Shown here piece by piece: positions 1 through 8,433 of a DNA stretch of 64,000 nt. The DNA is from a bacterium. Lineage in GTDB: Bacteria > Bacteroidota > Bacteroidia > Bacteroidales > UBA932. The stretch is from positions 4,737-68,736 of the forward strand of contig CAVHYF010000006.1 of NCBI GenBank assembly GCA_963640265.1, in the 5' to 3' direction. Positions within the stretch are counted from its first letter, which is position 1, and every line of letters begins with the position of its first letter. The notes under the pieces were generated by a model, which was not told where the DNA came from, made no database searches, and was given only the letters and a program-made list of their open reading frames with translations. The position numbers and the translations under genes were made by a program.

Positions 1-27
1 GCTGTTCCGGGAAAGAACCGGGACAGC
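1..27 (-). terminator. Probable terminator hairpin downstream of the DASS transporter (U-tract would lie outside the window)
   Basis: GCTGTTCCGG / CCGGGACAGC imperfect inverted repeat about 20 nt past the stop at 49. Confidence 0.45.
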
Positions 28-48
28 TTCCTGCACATTAAACCGTCA

Positions 49-1500
49 TTACTGGGCGAACGGGAAGATCTTGGTCAGCCAGAAGAAGCCGAAGATGAAA
101 CCGACGACGCCGATGATTATGCCGACCTTGGCCATATCCTTCGTCTCGACAAGTCCGGTAGAAGCCGCGATGGCGTTCGGAGGTGTGGAGATAGGGAAAA
201 GCATTGCCAGCGAGGCGCAGATCGCGATGAATATGATCATAGCCTGAGTTCCGCCCATAGCGATGAACGCAGCGTTGTTGGCTGCCGCAGGATCGGCCAT
301 ACCCTCCGCCACAACGATAAGGATCGGAATCAGCAGGGCTGCGGTAGCGGAGTTGCTGATGAAGTTCGACAGGAAGTAGCAGACAAAGCCGGCCACGACA
401 AGCACAAGCAGGACGGACATCGTTCCGAACGGAATGGCCGTGATGAGCACCTTGGCAAGTCCGGTGTCCTGCAGCATATAGCCGAGGGCGAAGCCGCCGG
501 CGACAAGCCAGAGCACTGCCCAGTTGATTTCCTTGATTTCCTCCTTGCCGAACAGGCCGGTGATGGTGAACACTGCAAGCGGAATGAGGGCGACAACGTT
601 GGAACTGATGTGATGCAGCTGCTCGGTGGCCCAGAGGAGAATCGTGACTGCGAAGGTTATCCAGACAAGCTTGCTCTTCCAGTCCTTCTTCTTGGTGTTT
701 TCAGGAATCTCAAGCACGAGCTTTTCGGTCTTGAACGGGAAGAAGATCAGAAGGAGAACCCAGGCGAGGAGCACCATAACGATAACGTAAGGAATCATAT
801 GGATGCACCAGTCACCGAATGACACGTCGATGCCGGCCTGCTCGAGATAACCCTTTGCGGTAGCGTTAGGAGGGGTTCCGATAGGGGTTCCGATACCACC
901 GAGATTGGCGGCGATAGGGATGGAGAGCGCAAGGCCGACCTTGCCCCTGTCATCGCTCGGCAGCTTGGAAAGCACCGGAGCAAGGAAGGCAAGCATCATC
1001 GCTGCGGTGGCGGTGTTGCTCATAAACATCGAGAACACGGAGATTATGATCAGGAAGCCGAGCAGCACCATCTTAGGCTTTGTTCCGAAGATGCTCAGAA
1101 GAGACTTCGCCAGCGTGACGTCCAGTCCGTATCTTTCCGCCATAATCGCAAGGACAAATCCGCCCAGGAACAGCATCACGACAGGGTCAGCGAAAGAAGA
1201 CATTATCTTCTTGTAGCTTACAAGCTGGCCGAACTCAGGATTGCAGAAGAGACCGATACCCTTGTCCGACACGGTCAGAAGGGCGATTACGATGATGAGC
1301 ACGGATGTGGTCCAGTTCGGAATGATCTCGAACATCCACATCAGAGCGGCAAACACGAACAGGGCAATCACGCGCTGCTGAACGACAGTCAGAGCGTCAA
1401 TGCCGAAAAATGAAGTAGGCACACACCACAGGAAGAGTGTCACCAGAAGTACGATCGGCAGAAGCACGCAGTACTTCACGTTGAATTTCTTTTCAGCCAT
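49..1500 (-). CDS. SLC13/DASS family sodium:dicarboxylate/sulfate symporter
   Basis: 483 aa, very hydrophobic; SNT-like motifs (MSNTATA, ISNSATA), GTPIGTPPN and STPPN. Confidence 0.9.
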   Translation of the reverse strand: MAEKKFNVKYCVLLPIVLLVTLFLWCVPTSFFGIDALTVVQQRVIALFVFAALMWMFEIIPNWTTSVLIIVIALLTVSDKGIGLFCNPEFGQLVSYKKIMSSFADPVVMLFLGGFVLAIMAERYGLDVTLAKSLLSIFGTKPKMVLLGFLIIISVFSMFMSNTATAAMMLAFLAPVLSKLPSDDRGKVGLALSIPIAANLGGIGTPIGTPPNATAKGYLEQAGIDVSFGDWCIHMIPYVIVMVLLAWVLLLIFFPFKTEKLVLEIPENTKKKDWKSKLVWITFAVTILLWATEQLHHISSNVVALIPLAVFTITGLFGKEEIKEINWAVLWLVAGGFALGYMLQDTGLAKVLITAIPFGTMSVLLVLVVAGFVCYFLSNFISNSATAALLIPILIVVAEGMADPAAANNAAFIAMGGTQAMIIFIAICASLAMLFPISTPPNAIAASTGLVETKDMAKVGIIIGVVGFIFGFFWLTKIFPFAQ

Positions 1501-1535
1501 TTCTGTTATTGGTTTTTAATTTTATTGTTTCTGGA

Positions 1536-3140
1536 TTATTTCTGGAATTCGAATCTCAAGTCAATCGGAATGTTGGCGAGACGGATGTTGACGAGGTCAG
1601 CCTTGAAATCCTCCGAGAGGGTGCAGTACTGATTCTCGAAGCTCTCCGCGAACTCGTAGTCTCCGGTAGCCTGTGTCCTGACGGCGATGCCGGCGAACTC
1701 AGCCACAAGCGAGAGGGTCTTTTCGTAGTCGATTGAATATTTGCCGCTGTCGCCGCGCGTGAAAGCGCCGTTGCTGTCAAGGTAATTGAAGAGCATCACA
1801 TACGCCCTTCCAAGCTGGGACGATTCACCGAAACGCTCGGAGCGGATGAGATTAGCCACAAATGTGGTGATCGCTTCCTCTTTTGTGACGAGCGCAGGAA
1901 TCTTGTGTTCGTCCAGAAGATTGCAGACAAAATAAAGGCCGAGAGCATTGGCCTTGGCATCCTCCCAGGTAAGTGCCTTGTTGCCGAGAGCTTCAGCGAC
2001 GGTACCCTTCCCGTTGACAGTCTCCTTGACACCGAGACCGTGGGAAATCTCACGGAAGACGATGTTCCAGTAGAAAGCTTCTTCAGAGAGATATTTCTGC
2101 TGGTCCGAAGAGAAGACAACGATTCCCACAGGACTCACAAGCCTGTTGAACTTTTCGTACATTATGTTGCGCAGAAGTGCGGTACGGGTTCCGGCCTTGG
2201 CCTGGACTTGCTCATTGTAAGGGAGGTTGAGAGCTATCAGCTTGATGCCGGCATTTGCGTGTCCTCCGCAGTAGATGGCATCATAGGCATAGATTTCGGA
2301 CTCGCTTCCCGGTACGAAGGTCTTGTACTGGTCCTCGCAAGGGATCCGCTTCTGAAGATCGGGCAGCATTGAAGTGAACTCCTGCAGCACTTCGGTGCGC
2401 TTGAGGTCCTTCAGCAGCACATAGGCTTCGTAGGAAGTCTTCAGACCGTACAGGCGGTCATCATTGATCTCGTTCGGGCCGATGATGAGATCCATCTTGC
2501 TGTCGTTCATCTCAAGCCATGCGAGATCGCTGTCATAGTAATAGTCAGTCTTGAGAGCATCTATCTTCTTGAGGAGGTAGTTGCGGACGCTCGGCTTGAT
2601 GGTGATGTCGGCAGCGGCCTTGAGGTAGTTGCAGATCTTGTCGATGTTGTACTCATAGGCATCGTGATACCACACGGCCTTGAGCTTTCCTTCAGCATCG
2701 CGCCTGATGAGCGAGAACGGGCTCATCTTCACCGGATCCGCCAGGGAGTCGAACTCGGCGGCCGTCATGTCGGACGGATAGAAGTTCGCTCCAAGCGGGA
2801 GTTCGCCGAAGCCCTCGATGAATGTGGAGCCATCGAGACGGTCCCAAGGACCATAATTGATCTTGGCATAGTCCCTGAGGTCAGGGTCTTCAAGGTTTTC
2901 AATCAGCCTCTTGTCTCCGAAATGCTGATCCCAGTAGATGCTGTCAACCTGATCTGCCGCGAATTTGTAAAGGTTGAGAACTTCCTTGCCGTTGTCGGAA
3001 ATGCCGGAAAGGTCAGGAGACTCGATGCGCACCAGCGCATAGGAATCCACCTTCTTCTGGACAGCGGTCTTGGGAGTTGTGTCGCACGAAGCCAGAAGCA
3101 GCGGCAACGGCAACAACAAAGCCAGAACTGATTTTCTCAT
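1536..3140 (-). CDS. Peptidase M49 (DPP III)-like lipoprotein with degenerate zinc motif
   Basis: Lipobox LLASC; INYGPWDRLD, GANFYP, NLP motifs; REISHGLG and EDAKAN in place of HExxHGLG and EExKAD. Confidence 0.8.
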   Translation of the reverse strand: MRKSVLALLLPLPLLLASCDTTPKTAVQKKVDSYALVRIESPDLSGISDNGKEVLNLYKFAADQVDSIYWDQHFGDKRLIENLEDPDLRDYAKINYGPWDRLDGSTFIEGFGELPLGANFYPSDMTAAEFDSLADPVKMSPFSLIRRDAEGKLKAVWYHDAYEYNIDKICNYLKAAADITIKPSVRNYLLKKIDALKTDYYYDSDLAWLEMNDSKMDLIIGPNEINDDRLYGLKTSYEAYVLLKDLKRTEVLQEFTSMLPDLQKRIPCEDQYKTFVPGSESEIYAYDAIYCGGHANAGIKLIALNLPYNEQVQAKAGTRTALLRNIMYEKFNRLVSPVGIVVFSSDQQKYLSEEAFYWNIVFREISHGLGVKETVNGKGTVAEALGNKALTWEDAKANALGLYFVCNLLDEHKIPALVTKEEAITTFVANLIRSERFGESSQLGRAYVMLFNYLDSNGAFTRGDSGKYSIDYEKTLSLVAEFAGIAVRTQATGDYEFAESFENQYCTLSEDFKADLVNIRLANIPIDLRFEFQK

Positions 3141-3222
3141 ATCGAAAAAGTGTTATTATTAATTAATATTGATTTCTTTCACTCAATACAATTCAATCCG
3201 ACAAATTTAATGAATATAAATG

Positions 3223-3253
3223 AAAAAAGCACACCGACGAGTCGCCGATGTGC
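3223..3253 (-). terminator. Rho-independent terminator after gdhA
   Basis: Minus strand GCACATCGGCGA-C-TCGTCGGTGTGC followed by T6. Confidence 0.8.
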
Positions 3254-3279
3254 CTTAATTCAACCTAAATTCGTTCGAT

Positions 3280-4623
3280 TTAGATAATACCCTGCTCAAG
3301 CATAGCCTGGGCGACCTTCATGAAGCCGGCGATGTTGGCTCCCTTGACATAGTCCACGCTGCCGTCAGGACGGGTGCCGTACTTGACGCACTGCTCGTGG
3401 ATGCTCTGCATGATCCAGTGGAGCTTGTCGTCGACCTCCTGGGCTGACCAGCTGAGGTGGGCGGCGTTCTGAGTCATCTCGAGGCCTGAAGTGGCGACTC
3501 CGCCTGCGTTGACGGCCTTGCCCGGAGCGAAGAGGACTCCGTTGTTCTGGAAGAAGTGGATGGCGCCCGGCTGGCATCCCATATTGGACACCTCGCAGCA
3601 GCACCAGCAGCCGTTGGCCTTGAGTTCCTTTGCGTCATCCTCGCTGAGCTCGTTCTGGAACGCGCAAGGGAGGGCGATGTCGCAAGGGATGCTCCAGGCC
3701 TTCTTGCCGGCGATGAACTGAGCCTTTCCAGGGAACTTCGTGGCGAGATCCTCGACCTTGTTTCTGTTGGAGGCGCGCATATCGAGCATATATTCATTCA
3801 TCTCCTCGGTCATTCCGTCAGGAACGTGGCAGACTCCGTCAGGTCCCGAGATGGCGACGACCTTGGCGCCGAGCTGGGTGGCCTTCTTCACAGCGCCCCA
3901 GGCCACGTTGCCGAATCCGGAGATGCAGACCTTCTGGCCGGCGATGTCCTTGCCCGCCTTGTGGAGAAGGTGCTGGGTGAAGTAGAGAGCGCCGAAGCCG
4001 GTGGCCTCAGGACGAAGGATGGAACCTCCCCAAGTGGCACCCTTTCCGGTAAGCACACCGGTGTGGTACTGCCGGGCAAGCTTCTGGTACATTCCGTTGA
4101 GGAAACCGATCTCGCGACCGCCAACGCCCACGTCACCCGCAGGGATGTCCTGGTCAGGGCCGATGCAGCGCCAGAGTTCAAGCATGAAGGCCTGGCAGAA
4201 ACGCATTATCTCGGCATTGGACTTGCCGACCGGGTCGAAATCGGAACCGCCCTTTGCTCCGCCCATAGGCAGGGTCGTGAGGGCGTTCTTGAAGGTCTGC
4301 TCGAAGCCGAGGAACTTCAGCATCGAAGGGGTGACCGCCTTATGGAAACGGAGGCCTCCCTTGTAAGGTCCGATGGCGCTGTTGAACTGGACGCGGTAGC
4401 CGAGGTTCGTCTGTACCTCGCCGCTGTCGTCGATCCAGGTCACGCGGAAAGTAAAGATTCTGTCAGGCTCGACAAGCCTCTCGACGATCTTCGCCTTCTC
4501 GAACTCAGGATGCTGGTTGTACACCTCCTCGATTGATTCGAGAACCTCCTGCACGGCCTGCAGATATTCTTTCTCTGTAGGGTACTTGGCCTGGAGACGG
4601 GCCATGATCTCTGTAGTTTTCAT
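3280..4623 (-). CDS. gdhA: Glutamate dehydrogenase (NADP-type family)
   Basis: GPYKGGLRFH, FEQTFKNALT, GGAKGG, PAGDVGVG, RPEATG, GFGNVA, GANIAGF. Confidence 0.97.
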   Translation of the reverse strand: MKTTEIMARLQAKYPTEKEYLQAVQEVLESIEEVYNQHPEFEKAKIVERLVEPDRIFTFRVTWIDDSGEVQTNLGYRVQFNSAIGPYKGGLRFHKAVTPSMLKFLGFEQTFKNALTTLPMGGAKGGSDFDPVGKSNAEIMRFCQAFMLELWRCIGPDQDIPAGDVGVGGREIGFLNGMYQKLARQYHTGVLTGKGATWGGSILRPEATGFGALYFTQHLLHKAGKDIAGQKVCISGFGNVAWGAVKKATQLGAKVVAISGPDGVCHVPDGMTEEMNEYMLDMRASNRNKVEDLATKFPGKAQFIAGKKAWSIPCDIALPCAFQNELSEDDAKELKANGCWCCCEVSNMGCQPGAIHFFQNNGVLFAPGKAVNAGGVATSGLEMTQNAAHLSWSAQEVDDKLHWIMQSIHEQCVKYGTRPDGSVDYVKGANIAGFMKVAQAMLEQGII

Positions 4624-4671
4624 TGTGTTAGCATTATTAATTAAGCAAATGATGTTTCTGTTCCGCCGGAA

Positions 4672-5691
4672 CTATTTCAGTTCCCAGGTCGAGCCGCTGT
4701 GCAGGAGTTCGTCAACATTGTGAATCTTTGACTTCTCCTTGACGGACTCAACCTGCCTGGCGACTTCCTCGTCATAGGTGATGTCGGAGACTTCCCTGAT
4801 GACTCCGAGCGCTACCGGGAACTCCGGCCATTTCATATCGGCCAGCATCATCTGGAGGCCGAGATTGTCGGAGTGGCTGTCGTGGGTGAGGACATCGTCC
4901 TCGGTGACACCGTTCTCCCCTATCGTCACGACCTTGAGCTTCCAGCCGTCGAGTGCGATGCCCTTGTCGCGGTTCTTTCCGAATATCATCTTTTCACCGT
5001 CGCGCAGGACAATCGTCCTGTCAGCCTTGACCGCCTTGTCGGAAATCTCGGCGTGAGAGCCGTTGTTGAAGATCACGCAGTTGGTCAGGAACTCCATCAC
5101 GGAAGTGCCGCAATGTCTCGACGCGGCCAGCATTATCTCCTGGTTGAGAGCCAGTTCAGTGTCCATTCCGCGGGCGAAGAAAGTGCCCTTGGCGCCCAGC
5201 ACCAGGCTTCCCGGGTTGAACGGATGCTCCACCGTGCCGTAAGGAGATGTCTTGGTGATGGCCCCCAGCTTGGATGTCGGAGAGTACTGACCCTTGGTCA
5301 TACCGTAGATCCTGTTGTTGAAGAGCATCAGGTTGATGTCGATGTTCCTGCGGATGGCGTGGATGAAATGGTTGCCTCCGATGGCCAGCGCGTCGCCGTC
5401 ACCGCTCACCTGCCAGACGCAAAGTTCCGGATCGGCGACCTTGAGACCGGTAGCGATTGCCGTCGCGCGGCCGTGGATGCTGTGGAAGCCATAGGTGTCC
5501 ACATAGTACGGAAGGCGCGAGGAGCAGCCGATGCCCGACACCACGACGATCTTGTCCTTGTCTATTCCCTTCTCCTCGCAGACGAGCGGAAGGGTCCTCT
5601 GAAGAGCGGCGAGGATGGAATAGTCACCGCAGCCCGGACACCACCTTATCTCCTGGTCGCTCTTGAAATCTTTCAATGAATATTTTGGCAT
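4672..5691 (-). CDS. korB: 2-oxoacid:ferredoxin oxidoreductase beta subunit
   Basis: WCPGCGD, SGIGCSS, HGRA, GDGD TPP motif, GMTKGQYSPT. Confidence 0.93.
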   Translation of the reverse strand: MPKYSLKDFKSDQEIRWCPGCGDYSILAALQRTLPLVCEEKGIDKDKIVVVSGIGCSSRLPYYVDTYGFHSIHGRATAIATGLKVADPELCVWQVSGDGDALAIGGNHFIHAIRRNIDINLMLFNNRIYGMTKGQYSPTSKLGAITKTSPYGTVEHPFNPGSLVLGAKGTFFARGMDTELALNQEIMLAASRHCGTSVMEFLTNCVIFNNGSHAEISDKAVKADRTIVLRDGEKMIFGKNRDKGIALDGWKLKVVTIGENGVTEDDVLTHDSHSDNLGLQMMLADMKWPEFPVALGVIREVSDITYDEEVARQVESVKEKSKIHNVDELLHSGSTWELK

Positions 5692-5703
5692 ATCTTCGTC
5701 CTT

Positions 5704-7539
5704 TTAAAGTTCCGCCTTCACGGCGTCGATGATCTCCTTCACGAGGAACACCTGTCCCTGCACCTTGTCGCAAAGCACATAGTCGAATTTCGGGAATATG
5801 CCTTTTAGATATGTGGCGAACTGTCCGCGGTTGAGTTCGCAGACGACGATCTTCCTGAAACCGGAGAAGACTTTCTCCGTGTTCTTCGGGAGCGGGTTGA
5901 TGTAGTCGAAATGCACTCGGCTGACCGTACGTCCTTCGGCGCGGAGTTCATCCACGGCCGTAAGAATATGTCCGTAGGTGCCTCCCCAGCCGACCAGAAG
6001 CACATCGCCGGTTTCCGGCCCGTCGATCACGAGGTCAGGGATGTCGGCGGCCACTCGGGCGACCTTCTCCGCCCTTTCCGCCACCATAAGTTCGTGGTTG
6101 GAGGCCTCGGTGGAGAGGACTCCTTCGTGGGTCTTCTCAAGACCGCCCACGCGGTGGCTCAGTCCCGGCGTGCCGGCCGGAGCCCATTTTCTGGCAAGAG
6201 TCCGGGCATCCCTTTCGAAAGGACGGAACTTGCCGCCGTCCGAGACGGCGAAACGTGGGCTGATGGCAGGATATTCACTCATCGAAGGGATCTTCCACGG
6301 CTCCGAGCCGTTACCGAGGAAGCCCTCGGAAAGCAGCATCACAGGAGTCATATGCTCAAGGGCTATCTTCGCGGCGTTGAAGGCGGCGTCGAAGCAGTGT
6401 GCCGGCGAGTGTGCCGCCATCACCACCATAGGGCTTTCGCCGTTGCGTCCGTAGAGAGCCTCGTTGAGGTCGGCCTGCTCGGTCTTGGTCGGCATTCCGG
6501 TGCAAGGACCGGCGCGCTGCACATCGACCACGACGAGCGGAAGTTCCGTCATCACTGCCAGGCCGAGAGCCTCGGATTTCAGCGAAAGACCGGGACCGGA
6601 CGTGGTCGTCACGGCAAGACTGCCGCCGAACGAAGCTCCGATCGCCGTGCAGATGCCCGCAATCTCGTCCTCGGTCTGCATCGTCTTGACTCCAAGTTCC
6701 TTATGAAGAGCGAGTTCCTCAAGTATGGCGGTCGCCGGAGTGATAGGGTAAGAGCCGCAGAAGAGCGGCAGACCGGATTTCTCCGAAGCGGCCATCAGAC
6801 CCCAGGCGAGAGCCTGGTTGCCCGTTATGTTCCTGTAGGTCCCTTTTTCCTTGACATCAGGGACAATCGTGTAGGTGTCGGCCACGGCCTGGATGTTGGC
6901 GGCGTAGTTGTACCCGTCGTTCACGACCTTGCGGTTCGGCTCGATCATCTCCGGGTGCTTCTTGGAAAAGCGGGACTCCAGATAAGTATAGACGTAGTCC
7001 AGCGGACGGCTGAAGATGAAGCAGGCCATTCCGAGCGTGAACATATTCCTGCACTTGTGGACTGAAGCTATGTCAAGTCCGCTGTCCTTCAGGCTAGCTT
7101 CCGTCAGCTTGGTGATCGGGGCGACAATGATGTTCCTGTCCTCGATGTGGAGTTCCTCGAAGGGATTGCCGGTCGTGAAGCCGGCCTTCCCGAGGCCGAG
7201 ATCGTCAAAGGCATCCTCGTTGACAAGAACCGTGGCGTTTCTTTTCAGCCACTTGGCGTCAGCCTTCAGGGCTGCAGGGTTCATAGCCACGAGCATATCG
7301 CAGAAGTCGCCCGGAGTGTTTACTTTACCGCTGCCGATGTGAACCTGGAATCCGGAGACGCCGGCCACAGTTCCTTTAGGAGCTCTGATCTCGGCCGGAT
7401 AGTCCGGGAATGTCGAAAGGCCGTTACCGTAGACTGCTGACAGATTGGCGAACAATGTTCCGGTGAGCTGCATCCCGTCTCCGGAATCGCCCGCGAACCT
7501 GATCACAACATCTTTAGCATCAATAACCTTATGTTGCAT
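5704..7539 (-). CDS. korA: 2-oxoacid:ferredoxin oxidoreductase alpha subunit (start re-called at MQHKVIDAK)
   Basis: RFAGDSGDGMQ, YPAEIR, YPITPA, EDEIAG, TTSGPG, QRAGP; ATG at 7539 lies downstream of a -7-like element. Confidence 0.93.
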   Translation of the reverse strand: MQHKVIDAKDVVIRFAGDSGDGMQLTGTLFANLSAVYGNGLSTFPDYPAEIRAPKGTVAGVSGFQVHIGSGKVNTPGDFCDMLVAMNPAALKADAKWLKRNATVLVNEDAFDDLGLGKAGFTTGNPFEELHIEDRNIIVAPITKLTEASLKDSGLDIASVHKCRNMFTLGMACFIFSRPLDYVYTYLESRFSKKHPEMIEPNRKVVNDGYNYAANIQAVADTYTIVPDVKEKGTYRNITGNQALAWGLMAASEKSGLPLFCGSYPITPATAILEELALHKELGVKTMQTEDEIAGICTAIGASFGGSLAVTTTSGPGLSLKSEALGLAVMTELPLVVVDVQRAGPCTGMPTKTEQADLNEALYGRNGESPMVVMAAHSPAHCFDAAFNAAKIALEHMTPVMLLSEGFLGNGSEPWKIPSMSEYPAISPRFAVSDGGKFRPFERDARTLARKWAPAGTPGLSHRVGGLEKTHEGVLSTEASNHELMVAERAEKVARVAADIPDLVIDGPETGDVLLVGWGGTYGHILTAVDELRAEGRTVSRVHFDYINPLPKNTEKVFSGFRKIVVCELNRGQFATYLKGIFPKFDYVLCDKVQGQVFLVKEIIDAVKAEL

Positions 7540-7724
7540 TACTATGTCTGAATGTTTAGTGTATCTTCGGAAGCCGCGAAGCCTCCTTGAAAAAAACGTA
7601 CAAATTAAAGCATAAAAAGCAGAATTACCAACAAAAACGAATATTTTTTCAAACCCTGCATACAAGCGGCCGCCGGCCGCTCCAGACCTGCCTGAATGCC
7701 GGATCCGCACGCCCCGGAGAGAAT

Positions 7725-7761
7725 AAAGAGAAAGAGAGGCCGGCTTTTCAGCCGGCCCCTC
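7725..7761 (-). terminator. Terminator after skp
   Basis: GGCCGGCT-GAAA-AGCCGGCC stem then pyrimidine tract on the minus strand. Confidence 0.7.
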
Positions 7762-7789
7762 ACGATATCTCGTTCCGAGTCATATTCAA

Positions 7790-8353
7790 TTACTGCTGGG
7801 CCTGCTGAGCCTGAGCCTGAAGTTCCTGCTGGAGAGTCTCGAGAGTCCTTCCTTCAGGGATGTTCAGAGCCTTCCTCGCCTCCTGGGTAAGGTCCTTGAC
7901 CTGGGCCTTGTCAACGTAGAGGTACTGAGAGGTCTCGAAAACGAAAATGTAGCCGCCGGCCTTGGCAAGTTTCTCGACAGCCTCCTGAGCCTTCTTGTAG
8001 ATAGGGTCCATCAGCTGCTGGTTCTGCTGCTGGAGTTCAGTCTGGATTGACTGCTGGAATTCCTGAATCCTCTGCTGGATGTCGGCGAGTTCCTTCTCCT
8101 TGCTCTCTCTGATGGCAGGAGTCCAGGAAGCCTGCTTCTGCTGGTACTCGCTGTATTTCGCCTGTCCTTCGGCGGCCATGCTCTGGAGAGTCTCGTTGGC
8201 CTCCTTGTTCGCGGCCTGCATCTGGGTCCTTGCGGCGTCCGCTTCCGGCATAAGCATAACGAGTTCGTTGAAATTCACGATAGCGAATTTACTCTGCGCC
8301 GAAGCGGCGAATGTCAACATTGCCATTGCGGCAATCAACACGATCTTTTTCAT
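7790..8353 (-). CDS. skp: OmpH/Skp periplasmic chaperone
   Basis: Signal peptide, KFAIVN, Q/E-rich coiled coil, follows bamA. Confidence 0.9.
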   Translation of the reverse strand: MKKIVLIAAMAMLTFAASAQSKFAIVNFNELVMLMPEADAARTQMQAANKEANETLQSMAAEGQAKYSEYQQKQASWTPAIRESKEKELADIQQRIQEFQQSIQTELQQQNQQLMDPIYKKAQEAVEKLAKAGGYIFVFETSQYLYVDKAQVKDLTQEARKALNIPEGRTLETLQQELQAQAQQAQQ

Positions 8354-8414
8354 ATCAGTATCTTTTTATCAGTTTTTTCCTGCGATTGTCCGGCGCGGCT
8401 CCGGCGCCGGACTG

Positions 8415-8422
8415 CAAATGTA
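8415..8422 (-). promoter_or_regulatory. Bacteroidetes -7 promoter element for skp, followed by a 9-bp 5' hairpin (8388-8412)
   Basis: TACATTTG matches TAnnTTTG. Confidence 0.65.
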
Positions 8423-8433
8423 ATAATAATTAT

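Noticed and set aside
7540..7710. N-terminal extensions given by the ORF track for korA (also trxB, GH92, capA, def, ruvX, radical SAM)
   Set aside because: Extensions cross promoter elements or neighbouring genes; downstream ATGs fit family N-termini
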